Positions 48,732 to 58,859 of a stretch of 64,000 bases of DNA are shown piece after piece. The DNA is taken from positions 4,527-68,526 of the forward strand of contig JBHLPF010000020.1 in assembly GCA_048939765.1 (NCBI GenBank), written 5' to 3'. How positions within the stretch are numbered: the stretch's first letter is position 1; the number at the start of each line of letters is the position of its first letter. A model generated the notes under the pieces. The model searched no databases. It was not told where the DNA came from and saw only the letters and a program-made list of their open reading frames with translations. The position numbers were made by a program, and so were the translations under genes. The stretch is from Promethearchaeota archaeon. Its GTDB lineage: Archaea > Asgardarchaeota > Thorarchaeia > Thorarchaeales > Thorarchaeaceae.

Positions 48732-50552
48732 ATGACTAGAAGAGTATCAGTCCTTGCTTTGGTTGTGATGACTCTATTCCTAGGTAGTATCACAGTGATG
48801 TTGTTTTTTGTTGGGTCAAATTATCCTGAACGATATGCACCTCCTCCTCCAGTGGAAGATTTCGATACTAGTTTTTGGAACCTCACAAGTGCAGTCGCAT
48901 CACCTGTCAGTGTGAACAATCACTCATCAAGTAACTCTGTGATTGAGTATCAGAACACAAGTGTGCCCATCAATGAGTGGTATTTTGACTACATAAGCGA
49001 GGCTTACAATGGTGCGACGGTGAGAATCAATTCGGTGATCATTTCAAAACAGGACCTCACATCTACCAGGCCCACAATTCTCTATCTTCATGGCTATGGT
49101 GAGCAATACTCAGACTACTTGCCGATGCTTAGAGAATTTGCTGCTGCGGGATTCATAGTCATGGGAATTGATCAACCTGGCTCAGGCAACTCCACAGGAT
49201 ATCCAGCTCTGAGTCCATTCACATTCTTGAATGTGACCACTGGCCCTGAAGACTCCAGTCTTTTCCACTCTGTATGGGCCGCTGCACGTGCATTAACCCT
49301 CCTTGAATCGTTGCCTTTTGTGAGAACAGACGCGTTGATTGTAGCTGGAAACTCAATGGGCGGATTGGTCACTTTCATTCTATCAGGAATCGACTCTCGT
49401 GTTGATGGATCAATCCCAATGATTGCTGCAGGGAATTTCCCAAACTCGTTGACTTCAGGCTCTCTGCTGAATCTTGCAATAGTGCCCTCGTACAATATTG
49501 GATCTGATGAACTGGACAACATAGTCAAATGGTTTGACCCGCTGGCATACGCAAGATTGCTCACTGATCCTGTCTTGATGATGTTTGGCACGGACGACCA
49601 ATTTTTCCCCATCACATCAATGATGGATACAATAGGTGCAATACAAACAGATCTCACATTAGATATAGTCCCTAATTGGGGCCACGAAGTTCATCCTTCT
49701 TGGAGTCAGAATATTATAAGATGGGTTGGTAATCACTTCGAAGATGGCGCATCGCTGCCAGAACTCCACCTTTCTTTCGACAATCAACTGACTTTTCGAG
49801 GAAGTACCATCAGGACAGAAATAGAAGTAACAGACACCGACATGGCCTTTTTGTGGTGGAGGTCGAGTGAACCTGGCGCTATTTGGTTATATGCTCAATT
49901 GAATTCCGGTACCGGTCCTCTTTCCAATCTCTATACTGGGGAGATAGTACCATTGACCATGGGAAAGGTGCTCTTTTTTGTCATGGCTGTGCAAGAAGAC
50001 TCGACTCAGATATCCTCAGGGATCTTTGTAGGAAAAGCAGGATCTATCCTATTTCCAGCATTACTCATTCTGTCTAGTATAGGGATACTGCTTGTCCTCG
50101 ACTTACGCATATGGGAACCCAGAAGATTCCATCTGATTCGAGAGACCCCATATATTCTAGGAATACTCACACTTAGTTCAGGATTTCTGCTGCCATTCGT
50201 TACAATCCAAGGTAGAACAAGTCTTTCATTATTCCAATTTATTGAGATGTATGGAGAGAATTTCCTACTAAGCGGCTGGTTTCTTCCAGCTGTACTTGCA
50301 GCAATCTGCTTCGTCATTTCTCTCTCAGCATTTCGGCATAGATTCCAATTTCGTATCGCTGTTTACATATGGTTGCCAATCCTTGTAATTGTATCAGTCC
50401 TCTATACAATCTTCAATGGAGTATTCATTTTGGCTGGTGATTTCTTTTCAATTGAAACTGGTGTCGGTGCAGTGACATTGATAGCCGCAATACCGTTCAT
50501 GCAGATTCTGGATAGGCTCTTCAGAACTCATCTTAAAGAATCACAATATTAG
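48732..50552 (+). CDS. Membrane-anchored alpha/beta hydrolase (acetylxylan esterase-like)
   Basis: LHGYG, DQPGSG, GNSMGG, GTDDQFF and WGH motifs; TM segments at both ends. Confidence 0.8.
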   Translation: MTRRVSVLALVVMTLFLGSITVMLFFVGSNYPERYAPPPPVEDFDTSFWNLTSAVASPVSVNNHSSSNSVIEYQNTSVPINEWYFDYISEAYNGATVRINSVIISKQDLTSTRPTILYLHGYGEQYSDYLPMLREFAAAGFIVMGIDQPGSGNSTGYPALSPFTFLNVTTGPEDSSLFHSVWAAARALTLLESLPFVRTDALIVAGNSMGGLVTFILSGIDSRVDGSIPMIAAGNFPNSLTSGSLLNLAIVPSYNIGSDELDNIVKWFDPLAYARLLTDPVLMMFGTDDQFFPITSMMDTIGAIQTDLTLDIVPNWGHEVHPSWSQNIIRWVGNHFEDGASLPELHLSFDNQLTFRGSTIRTEIEVTDTDMAFLWWRSSEPGAIWLYAQLNSGTGPLSNLYTGEIVPLTMGKVLFFVMAVQEDSTQISSGIFVGKAGSILFPALLILSSIGILLVLDLRIWEPRRFHLIRETPYILGILTLSSGFLLPFVTIQGRTSLSLFQFIEMYGENFLLSGWFLPAVLAAICFVISLSAFRHRFQFRIAVYIWLPILVIVSVLYTIFNGVFILAGDFFSIETGVGAVTLIAAIPFMQILDRLFRTHLKESQY

Positions 50553-50672
50553 AATGAAAGAAAAGAACTGTTGTGATTGGACACGCGACTCAGTTGATCT
50601 TCCATCATTCTCGAGTACATGGTTCAATCTGAAAGTATTTAGTCATGAACCTGGAGCCCCTGCTGTCAAGGA

Positions 50673-51968
50673 TTGTTACTAATATTGTCAGAAACCCCAA
50701 TAGAACTAGACAATGCAAATTCTCCTAGCCTAGACTATGAAGGAGACGTACTTACTGTACTGAACCTCTCTCTGGTGACGTTCCTAATCATCATTGGTCT
50801 GAGCATGGTCGCTCCAATTCTACCAACATATGCGGAGAGCTTTCAAGTTTCATACACACTCGTTGGTTTCGTTGTGTCATCCTTTGCGGTAATGCGAATG
50901 CTTCTTGATCTGCCTGCGGGTCTTGTTTCAAGGAGGTTTGATAAGAAGAAAATCATGATGTCAGGCCTGGTCCTCATCTCTACCTCATCCGTGCTAGCTG
51001 GTTTTGCTCCCAACTATTCTACTCTTGTTATTGCTCGGATGATCGAGGGAGCAGGTTCAGCTCTGTATGTGACCACAGCAACAGTGTTCCTTGCTCAAAT
51101 CTCTGGAGAGGAGAAGAGAGGACAATGGATGAGTCTTTACATGGGAATGTTACTTCTAGGCTCCATCTTTGGACCTACATTTGGGGGTATTATTGCAGAC
51201 ACGTATGATATTCGTGCGCCATTCTTCGCCTACGCAATAGTAACAGGCATTAGTTTGATTCCAACATTTGTATTGCCAAAGCTGCCTAATTCTGGAAATG
51301 GGTCTTCTCTTTCCAGACATCAAATCCTTCATGACATGCGGGAAGTTCTCTCCACGCCTTCGTTCCTCTTGGTGACCTTTGCGGTCTTTACAACGTTCTT
51401 TCTGCGGACAGGGGTGAGAACTACACTAGTACCCCTATATGCGGCGAATAACCTAGGGCTGGACTCAGGTGCCATCGGCCTTATCCTAACTATTGGGGGA
51501 ATAACAACAGCTCTTACAATAACCCCGATGGGAAGTGTTTCGGATAGAATTGGTAGGAAGATACCCCTAGCATTATGCCTTATTCTGAGTGCAGGAGTTA
51601 CTTTGATAATTCCGTTTTCCACAGACCTTTTCGCATTATCTTTTGTTATGGCAATATATGGAGCAGTCATTGGGTTCTCAGGTCCTAGCGCGGCCTATGT
51701 GACCGATGTATCACCGCAGGACAAATTGGAGATATCCATGGGACTCTATCGTATGATCAGTGATTTTGGTTTCGTCATGGGACCTCTTCTACTAGGTTTC
51801 TTGGCAGACGCGACAGCCATGCCAGTAGTCGGAGCGCCTCACTCAGGCCTAATTGGGATAGTTCCTTTCATGGCGGCATCAATTATCCTCATTGTAGCAT
51901 TCTTTGTACTGGCAAAAGCTGATGATCCAGCAAAGGAAAGAAACCATTTGAAGAACAGGGAGCTATAG
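50673..51968 (+). CDS. MFS transporter (start uncertain)
   Basis: 12-TM pattern; GSVSDRIGRK and ARMIEGAG motifs. Confidence 0.88.
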   Translation: MLLILSETPIELDNANSPSLDYEGDVLTVLNLSLVTFLIIIGLSMVAPILPTYAESFQVSYTLVGFVVSSFAVMRMLLDLPAGLVSRRFDKKKIMMSGLVLISTSSVLAGFAPNYSTLVIARMIEGAGSALYVTTATVFLAQISGEEKRGQWMSLYMGMLLLGSIFGPTFGGIIADTYDIRAPFFAYAIVTGISLIPTFVLPKLPNSGNGSSLSRHQILHDMREVLSTPSFLLVTFAVFTTFFLRTGVRTTLVPLYAANNLGLDSGAIGLILTIGGITTALTITPMGSVSDRIGRKIPLALCLILSAGVTLIIPFSTDLFALSFVMAIYGAVIGFSGPSAAYVTDVSPQDKLEISMGLYRMISDFGFVMGPLLLGFLADATAMPVVGAPHSGLIGIVPFMAASIILIVAFFVLAKADDPAKERNHLKNREL

Positions 51969-52012
51969 ATTCCCAAGACGCAGAAGTGTCCCTTTGTTAC
52001 AATATGGTGAGA

Positions 52013-52138
52013 GAAAGGGTACTCGGCTATGTGAAAAGGGTGTGTCCCCATTACTCTATCGTACCGCCGCCAACACTTCTCTCTAACTTAGAAGGCAATG
52101 GTGATTCATCTGCAGCTTCCGCTACGAATACCTTGTTA
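52013..52138 (-). repeat. 16S trailer repeat copy carrying a degenerate 16S rRNA 3'-end fragment
   Basis: Trailer-like sequence at 52013-52095; 52100-52138 ggtgattcatctgcagcttccgctacgaataccttgtta matches 16S 59750-59788 with 3 mismatches. Confidence 0.9.
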
Positions 52139-52194
52139 AAGAATCAAAGAAATTGTAGGCAGAATAGACGCACTTCAATTCAGAGGGCCAATAA

Positions 52195-52785
52195 ATGAAT
52201 AGGATGAATCCTAAGGTTGATGCATATTTGAGCAAAGCCAAAGAGTGGCAGGAAGAATTCGAGAAACTGAGAATGATCATTCTTGACTGTGGACTGACTG
52301 AGGAATTGAAGTGGGGCAAGCCTTGCTACATGTTTCAAAAAAGTAACATAGCTGTAATTCAGGGATTCAAGGAATACTGTGCGCTTCTGTTTTTCAAAGG
52401 TGCCTTGTTAAAAGATGCCAATGGTATTCTAATCAAACCAGGGGAGAATACGCAGGCGGGGCGCCAGATTCGGTTCACCAATTCTGGAGAAATAGTCGAG
52501 ATGAAACCCATCTTGAAGGCCTATATTCATGAAGCCATTGAAGTGGAAAAAGCGGGTTTGAAAGTGAGTTTTAAACCGACTACAGAATTCATAATTCCTG
52601 ACGAATTTCAAGATAAATTAGATGAAATCCCTGATTTGAAAACTGCTTTTGATACATTGACACCGGGACGGCAAAGAGCATACATTCTTTATTTTTCTCA
52701 ACCCAAACAATCGAAAACCCGGAAGTCAAGGGTTGAAAAATATATGCAGCAAATTCTCGATGGAAAGGGACTAAATGATCGGTGA
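52195..52785 (+). CDS. YdeI/OmpD-associated family protein
   Basis: EELKWGKPCY, FFKGALLKD and LTPGRQRAY motifs. Confidence 0.92.
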   Translation: MNRMNPKVDAYLSKAKEWQEEFEKLRMIILDCGLTEELKWGKPCYMFQKSNIAVIQGFKEYCALLFFKGALLKDANGILIKPGENTQAGRQIRFTNSGEIVEMKPILKAYIHEAIEVEKAGLKVSFKPTTEFIIPDEFQDKLDEIPDLKTAFDTLTPGRQRAYILYFSQPKQSKTRKSRVEKYMQQILDGKGLNDR

Positions 52786-52886
52786 GTTTCTCAAAATTCT
52801 TGTGATATCTTGTCATTTTATGATGCCAATTTATAAGGCTGAGCAAAGAATGTCAAAAGCTAATTGACGGATTTGAGGAAGAAGCG

Positions 52887-53846
52887 ATGTATTCTGAGGC
52901 TCATGTCATTGAAACTGATAATTTGAGTAAGAACTATGGCGACATTCATGCGCTGAACAAACTCAACCTCAAGGTGCCTAAGAATTCTATTTTTGCATTC
53001 TTGGGTCCCAATGGTGCTGGCAAAACAACAACAATCAAACTTCTTCTTGGTCTCACAAGGCCTACAGACGGAAGAGCAAGTGTGCTTGGTCAGAATGTTG
53101 TATCTGAAAATGACAAAGTCAGAAGAAGAGTAGGGTATCTGGCGCAGCAGCCCAAGTTCTACAAGGAACTTACTGCATGGGAAACGATGAAGTTTGCTGC
53201 CCGCTTGTTTTTCAAGGGACCCGACGACAAGATAAATGAGAGAATTGAATATCTGCTGCAGGTTGTCGATCTTGAAGATAAATCGGATCGACCGATAGAA
53301 GGATTCTCTGGGGGAGAGATGCAGCGTTTGGGGATTGCGCAGGCGCAAATCAACTTCCCTGAATTACTGATTTTAGACGAACCTGCTGCTGGGCTTGACC
53401 CAGAGGGAAGGGAGCAGGTCCTGAAGATAATGGAGTCGCTTCGTACAGAATCAACCATATTCTATAGTACTCACATACTTGATGATGTCCAAAGAGTTAG
53501 CGATAGAGTGGCTATTCTGAATAAGGGAAACCTGATTGCACAAGCACCTATTGGAGAACTCCTTTCTGGAACTGAGGGAATAGCCTATACACTCATTCTT
53601 GATGGGGATTCACAAAAAGCCTACAGCAGACTGTCAGCTGAACCTTGGGTCACATCTATCTCTGAAAGAAAAGAGCGAGGCCAGACTCATTGGGTTGTGG
53701 ATGTCAATGATGACTCCACAGCAAAGAAGCGACTTCTTCGAACGGTGCTTGCTGATGATGGAGTTGATGTTGTAGACTTTGGCCTTAAGGAGTATGAACT
53801 TGAAGAGATTTTCATGAAACTAGTGGAGGATGACAGCAATGACTGA
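52887..53846 (+). CDS. ABC-2 type transporter ATP-binding protein
   Basis: GPNGAGKT, FSGGE, LDEP and STH motifs. Confidence 0.92.
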   Translation: MYSEAHVIETDNLSKNYGDIHALNKLNLKVPKNSIFAFLGPNGAGKTTTIKLLLGLTRPTDGRASVLGQNVVSENDKVRRRVGYLAQQPKFYKELTAWETMKFAARLFFKGPDDKINERIEYLLQVVDLEDKSDRPIEGFSGGEMQRLGIAQAQINFPELLILDEPAAGLDPEGREQVLKIMESLRTESTIFYSTHILDDVQRVSDRVAILNKGNLIAQAPIGELLSGTEGIAYTLILDGDSQKAYSRLSAEPWVTSISERKERGQTHWVVDVNDDSTAKKRLLRTVLADDGVDVVDFGLKEYELEEIFMKLVEDDSND

Positions 53847-54582
53847 GAAAGAGTTGTTCGAGCCAACCACTGACAAGGGATGGAGAATGGGCTTTTCGGC
53901 ACTAATGAGGAAGGAGTTGATAGCATGGTTTGGCACTTCTACTTGGTGGCAACAGACTCTCCTTTGGAGCCTCATTCTCGGTCTCTTTGGGTCTGCAGGA
54001 ATTCAAGACCCAGAGGCGGGTATAATCATATTCTTTTTCATGGCCACTATTTTCCCAGGAATTGCCACAATAATAATCACAACTGAAGTAATTCTTGAAG
54101 AGAAACGTTCTGGATCGGCTGCATGGGTTCTCTCAAAGCCGGTATCAAGGGAGGCATTCCTACTGCCCAAGTTCATTGGCCTTGCCATAGCCTTCTCAGT
54201 TTCAATGGTATTCCTACCTGGATTGGTAGCCTATCTGATTTACTTCGCTTTCGGAGCGGCACCGGACATCTTTCTTTTTATTCTGTCCCTCGGGCCATTG
54301 GCGCTCTGGCAGATGTTCTTATCCTTTCTGACATTGTGTATGGGGACTTTCTTTGATGATACCGGTCCTGTTATGGCAGTACCCTTTGCCTTTCTGTTCA
54401 TAGGAATCAACCTTGGTCAGCATCCTCTTATCGGACCATACGGCCCATGGGGTCTATTCCAGAATTCAATCAGCTTAGTGACTGGCGGAGATTTTCCATA
54501 CACTCCCATTATTGTCACAGTGATTGTGTTGCTTGTGTTAATTGCACTGGCAATTTGGAGATTCAGAAGGCACGAGTTCTAG
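53839..54582 (+). CDS. ABC-2 type permease
   Basis: EKRSGSAAWVLSKPVSR motif; six TM segments. Confidence 0.88.
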   Translation: MTEKELFEPTTDKGWRMGFSALMRKELIAWFGTSTWWQQTLLWSLILGLFGSAGIQDPEAGIIIFFFMATIFPGIATIIITTEVILEEKRSGSAAWVLSKPVSREAFLLPKFIGLAIAFSVSMVFLPGLVAYLIYFAFGAAPDIFLFILSLGPLALWQMFLSFLTLCMGTFFDDTGPVMAVPFAFLFIGINLGQHPLIGPYGPWGLFQNSISLVTGGDFPYTPIIVTVIVLLVLIALAIWRFRRHEF

Positions 54583-54707
54583 ATGGTGTCGCAAATATCA
54601 CTTAATGAAGGGGTGCTCAATAGAGGAAGGAAAGAGAAGGTTCCCTGTTCATCCGACACCGTCAGGATCCGCTTCATACCCATCTAGTGGTGATTTGAAT
54701 AAGTATG

Positions 54708-54869
54708 CTATGAAAGTGAGAGTTTGGATGATTCTGTTGCGTGTCGAGTTATTTCAAGATTGCATGATTTGTGTTTGATACACCATTGCTCACATTTCTT
54801 TGCCCAGTCTTCATCTTCATACATCAGATGACATTCCTCACATTCATAGAGCCCGTAAATTTCCTTCAC
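54708..54869 (-). CDS. 53-aa Cys-rich small protein (paralog of 5328-5489)
   Basis: MKEIYGLYECEECHLMYEDEDWAKKCEQWCIKHKSCNLEITRHATESSKLSLS (GTG start). Confidence 0.72.
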   Translation of the reverse strand: MKEIYGLYECEECHLMYEDEDWAKKCEQWCIKHKSCNLEITRHATESSKLSLS

Positions 54870-54935
54870 GGTCTAAGGTTTCACTTAGTTAATTATCTCT
54901 GTTATGGTAGGGGAGTTTGAGTGATTCACCGATCA

Positions 54936-55015
54936 GAAATGAAAGGGCACTCAGCAATGTGAGAAGGGCATTTCCCCAATACTCTATCTCACCGCCATCT
55001 ACACTTCTCTCTACC
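54936..55015 (-). repeat. 16S trailer repeat copy
   Basis: About 5 mismatches to 59647-59726; abuts the arsR stop codon. Confidence 0.95.
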
Positions 55016-55312
55016 CTATGGACTGACCATCTCTTGAGCAAGCCTACGTGTCTGCTCTATCATTCTCTCAACTCTCTTATCGCTAATTCTGTAGAGTTTC
55101 CTGACACCATCCTTTCGTACGTGAAGTATTCCAGCTCTGACCATTTGAGTCAGATAAGCAGAAACTGTGGATTGAGACAGACCAATTCGCGGAAATATAT
55201 CACATTGACATTGCTCACCGTCCAAGAGAAAGTCAACGATATCTAGCCGAACAGGGTTGCCAAGCGCTTTGTGAAATTCCACTCTCCATTTATTCTCCTT
55301 ATTCATGTTCAT
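55016..55312 (-). CDS. arsR: ArsR/SmtB family regulator
   Basis: FHKALGNPVRLDI, EQCQCD and LSQSTVS motifs. Confidence 0.85.
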   Translation of the reverse strand: MNMNKENKWRVEFHKALGNPVRLDIVDFLLDGEQCQCDIFPRIGLSQSTVSAYLTQMVRAGILHVRKDGVRKLYRISDKRVERMIEQTRRLAQEMVSP

Positions 55313-55385
55313 CCGGTATCTCTCTCCATATCTTCATTCCAGCATGTCACCGCCAATAAACCGCTTTGGCTTGACTTATTCGAAA

Positions 55386-56465
55386 CTACATAGGTTTTCC
55401 TTTCCAATAGTTTCTTCTTTGCAGGTACTTACCCAGGTAAACAATACCTAGCATCACTGGAACTTCCCAAAACAGTCCCATTGTAGTCCCTAGCGCAGCA
55501 ATGGATCCAACGCCATAAATTGCGATTGCTGTCGCTATAGCAATCTCAAAATGACTTGAAGAGCCAATGATGACAGTAATCACACCTTCTCGGTATGCGA
55601 GACCTGCTATTCGAGTCACTAAAAGATTATAGCCAACCACTATGGCAAATCCAATCAAGAGCGGGACTGATACAAGAACTAGGAGATCGGGATTATCCAG
55701 CATGACTCTCCCGTTCAAGGAGAAGAGTACCACAAGAGTGGTCAGGAGAGCTACTAAAGCCAATTTGCCTACAGCTGGGCGATACTTCTCATTGAACCAA
55801 TCTATCCCTTTCCAAGGTACAAGTGATTTCCTGGTAATGATTCCGAGCATCAGGGGTATTCCTATGAATACAAGTACTGAAACAAACAACGCCCATCGAT
55901 CAATAGGTATGGCCGAGATGCCTGTGAATAGTGCAACAATAGGTGCATAGAGGACTATTATTGTGGCTGTGTTCAAGGTTGTATTGACAACGTTTTGCTC
56001 CTGATTTCCTTCAGCCAAATAGCCCCAGACTAGAACCATAGCTGTGCAGGGACTTGACGAAAGCAGAATTATGGCTACTATCAGTTGTGCGTTTCCAGCC
56101 AAAAAGAGGTTCGCAAGAACAAATCCAACAATGGGGGCAATAATCCAATTCGAAAATAGTGTAAGAATGATTGGCCTTGGGTTTTTGCCGAGCTTCTTCA
56201 ACTCGGAGGCTTGAATGTTGAGCATTGCTGGGTACATCATGAGGAAAAGGCAAATTCCGATTGGCACCGAGATATTGCCAAGTTTCCATGAATCAATCGC
56301 TTCTCCTATGCCCGGTATGGTCAATGAAAGGAGAATTCCAGCAATCATGCAGATTGCAACCCAGAGGGGGAGATACTTCTCAAAGGTGCTAAGTTCTCTC
56401 TCTGGTTCAACCAGCTCTTCGACACTGGTATGAGGGACTGACTCATGTTGAATGTCCTCGTTCAT
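55386..56465 (-). CDS. acr3: Acr3 arsenite efflux transporter
   Basis: FEKYL..W, MMYP, PCTAMV and SSHFEIAIATA motifs. Confidence 0.92.
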   Translation of the reverse strand: MNEDIQHESVPHTSVEELVEPERELSTFEKYLPLWVAICMIAGILLSLTIPGIGEAIDSWKLGNISVPIGICLFLMMYPAMLNIQASELKKLGKNPRPIILTLFSNWIIAPIVGFVLANLFLAGNAQLIVAIILLSSSPCTAMVLVWGYLAEGNQEQNVVNTTLNTATIIVLYAPIVALFTGISAIPIDRWALFVSVLVFIGIPLMLGIITRKSLVPWKGIDWFNEKYRPAVGKLALVALLTTLVVLFSLNGRVMLDNPDLLVLVSVPLLIGFAIVVGYNLLVTRIAGLAYREGVITVIIGSSSHFEIAIATAIAIYGVGSIAALGTTMGLFWEVPVMLGIVYLGKYLQRRNYWKGKPM

Positions 56466-56592
56466 ATTTCGCACCAATCCCTGTGAGTGAGTTTCATCGA
56501 ATAATCTCGATATATAAATAAATGGACTGGATTGTTAGTTGTGAAACTATATGGCAATATTTCGGTTGCCACGCTAACACCAACCTGCTGCA

Positions 56593-56680
56593 AAATGAAA
56601 GGGTGCTCAGCAATGTGAAATGGGCATTTCCCCAATACTCTATCTCACCGCCGCCTCTACTTCTCTCTACCTTAGAAGGT
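56593..56680 (-). repeat. 16S trailer repeat copy
   Basis: About 5 mismatches to 59648-59735, including ccttagaaggt. Confidence 0.95.
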
Positions 56681-56708
56681 GATTTTCATTCTGGTCTTTG
56701 CTCATGCT

Positions 56709-57845
56709 TTAATCATTTTTCAAATTGTGTGGATAGCTGGTCAATACTAGAGGCTTATCTTTTCCTATAACAACCGTATCTTCCAACCTTACTCCCCATT
56801 GCTTCGTATAGATTCCGCAATTGCCGATAGCAATAGGTGTGTTCTCAGCAAGAGGAGGTGGGGCCTTTTCGCCATGGAAGAATGCATGACCAGGAGGCAA
56901 TGGAGCTTCTTCGAAATTAATCCCTATTCCATGTATGGGAGGGCCAAAGATATTCTCTCCATAGCCAGCGTCCTGAATAACATTATGGAGTGTATTTTCA
57001 AGCTCTACCATTCCCACTCCTGCGACTGATTTTGTAGTTGTCTTCAGCAATGCTTCCAAATATACATCATATGCCTTGACCTGTTCAGCGGTTGGTTCTC
57101 CAATATAGGCTATTCGGCAGATATCAGATGAATAATTGTTTACAATGGGATGAAGATCAATTAAAATGACATCTCCATCTTGCACTTTGCGATTTGTTGG
57201 AATGCCATGGGCGATTCGTGTCCGCACCCCACTCGCCACATAGGATCGCCAAAACCCTTCGGCACCAGCCTGACGCATGGCATATTCACCTTCTCCTGCA
57301 ATCTGGCTCTCGGTCATTCCAACCTCTACTGAAGTCATTGCGGCCTCCATTCCTACATCAGCAACTCTCCCTGCTTCTTTCATCAATTCTATCTCGAAAG
57401 AATCTTTCACTGTCCTCAGTTTAGAGAGAATATTCGTGCAATCTGCGACTGTCACAGCCTTCGGCTTTGCATGGGGATGTGTCAACATCTTCATCATTGA
57501 ACTGGTTAGGAATGTGTGTTCCAATCCAACAACACCCTTACTCACTCCAAACTGTCTGAAGAAGTCTGCAATCGAATGGATCATTCCTACTTCATCCTCG
57601 AAGGACAAGATGTGGTCAAAATGTGCTAGATCGGTCACATCCTCGATATCTGTTTGTGGAACTCCCATTGCAACCTGTTTGTCACTGTTAATCATTGTAA
57701 AGGCACATAGACGCCCATCTCCAGTGAAGTAATACATGTTTGAAGGCTTTGTTAACAATAGGACATCTAGTCCCTCCTTCTCCATAGCTCTAGCACAATT
57801 ATCAACACGTTGGTCGAAAATGCTCCTATCCATACTGGCTTTCAA
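56709..57845 (-). CDS. M24 family Xaa-Pro peptidase/creatinase-like protein
   Basis: LRTVKD, AHG, ID..Y.SD, HGIG and GVRLED motifs. Confidence 0.85.
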   Translation of the reverse strand: MKASMDRSIFDQRVDNCARAMEKEGLDVLLLTKPSNMYYFTGDGRLCAFTMINSDKQVAMGVPQTDIEDVTDLAHFDHILSFEDEVGMIHSIADFFRQFGVSKGVVGLEHTFLTSSMMKMLTHPHAKPKAVTVADCTNILSKLRTVKDSFEIELMKEAGRVADVGMEAAMTSVEVGMTESQIAGEGEYAMRQAGAEGFWRSYVASGVRTRIAHGIPTNRKVQDGDVILIDLHPIVNNYSSDICRIAYIGEPTAEQVKAYDVYLEALLKTTTKSVAGVGMVELENTLHNVIQDAGYGENIFGPPIHGIGINFEEAPLPPGHAFFHGEKAPPPLAENTPIAIGNCGIYTKQWGVRLEDTVVIGKDKPLVLTSYPHNLKND

Positions 57846-58071
57846 TTCTAGTCACCTGGCTCTCCAAATCATGCACTTGAAAAACCCGGCTCATAAGTCT
57901 AATCACCAACTAGCCCAGACCCATAATGATGTTACAGGATCCTCGACTCCCTTCTATTAGCCGATCCAAGACTGCCTAGGTGGATGCAAGGATATCCTCA
58001 TTGAAGTAGTTCATAATAGGAATCTACTGATTCACAAGAGGATTGGCATTCAATTTGATATAATAGGTTTG

Positions 58072-58150
58072 GAAAATGAAAGGGTGCTCAGCAATGTGAG
58101 ATGGGCATTTCCCCAATACTTTATCTCACCGCCGCCGCTTCTCTCTGCCT
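58072..58150 (-). repeat. 16S trailer repeat copy
   Basis: gaaaatgaaagggtgctcagcaatgtgagatgggcatttccccaatac...; ends 6 nt from the GNAT stop codon. Confidence 0.93.
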
Positions 58151-58156
58151 GCAGAG

Positions 58157-58657
58157 CTAGAGATGTTTCTCCATCCAGACATCAAAACCCCAAGGATTTC
58201 GAACCCTATATGCCAGTGTGTATCCTAGCTTCTGGTAAAAGCTAATAGCCCACTCTGCACCATTATCTGTGACCAATCTCACCTTTCTGAACCCCATTTC
58301 CCTCGCCACAGTTTCCAAGTGAAGAACAAGGGCTGTTCCTATCCCTCGCCTCTGATACTCTGGCAATACATAGACCCATCGAATTCGGCTGTTCATATCA
58401 TCCTCGATACTTAGTGCTGCCACTGCTACGACCTGCTTCTGGTGTCTATGCACATAGAATGTCATTTTCTCCAGAAATGCATCCAGCTCTTCTTGGGTTA
58501 GAATAGGTTCTTTGAAGTATGGCTTCGGGATTATCCGACCAAACGCTTCCCAATTGGCCCTATTAATCACAAGTAGTATATTCTGGAGATCCTCTGATTT
58601 TGCCTTTTCAATCCTAATGCTTGATTCATTCAAGCCAATCCACACTAACAAATACAC
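58157..58657 (-). CDS. GNAT family acetyltransferase (start uncertain)
   Basis: VYVLPEYQRRGIGT and AISFYQKLGY motifs. Confidence 0.88.
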   Translation of the reverse strand: MYLLVWIGLNESSIRIEKAKSEDLQNILLVINRANWEAFGRIIPKPYFKEPILTQEELDAFLEKMTFYVHRHQKQVVAVAALSIEDDMNSRIRWVYVLPEYQRRGIGTALVLHLETVAREMGFRKVRLVTDNGAEWAISFYQKLGYTLAYRVRNPWGFDVWMEKHL

Positions 58658-58730
58658 ATTGTGGGTTTTGAATTATGGGTTTTCATCTCTTCACTGCAGT
58701 CTTCGTTTCAGAGGAAAGCTCATGAATTTA

Positions 58731-58754
58731 GAAAATGAAGGGTGCTCAGCAATG
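58731..58754 (-). repeat. Partial 16S trailer repeat (terminal 24 nt only)
   Basis: gaaaatgaagggtgctcagcaatg. Confidence 0.8.
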
Positions 58755-58859
58755 GGTAATCCCCTGTTTGAAATCCAAAGCACCGGAAATTTATTGTACA
58801 GAACAGTCAGGTTGGTTTCAACTAGATTTCATCAGTATTTGCCATTTGGGGGAATTTTA

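Noticed and set aside
58512-58859. N-terminal extension of the 362-aa ORF
   Set aside because: Overlaps the antisense GNAT gene and the partial repeat; ATG 58860 is the more likely start
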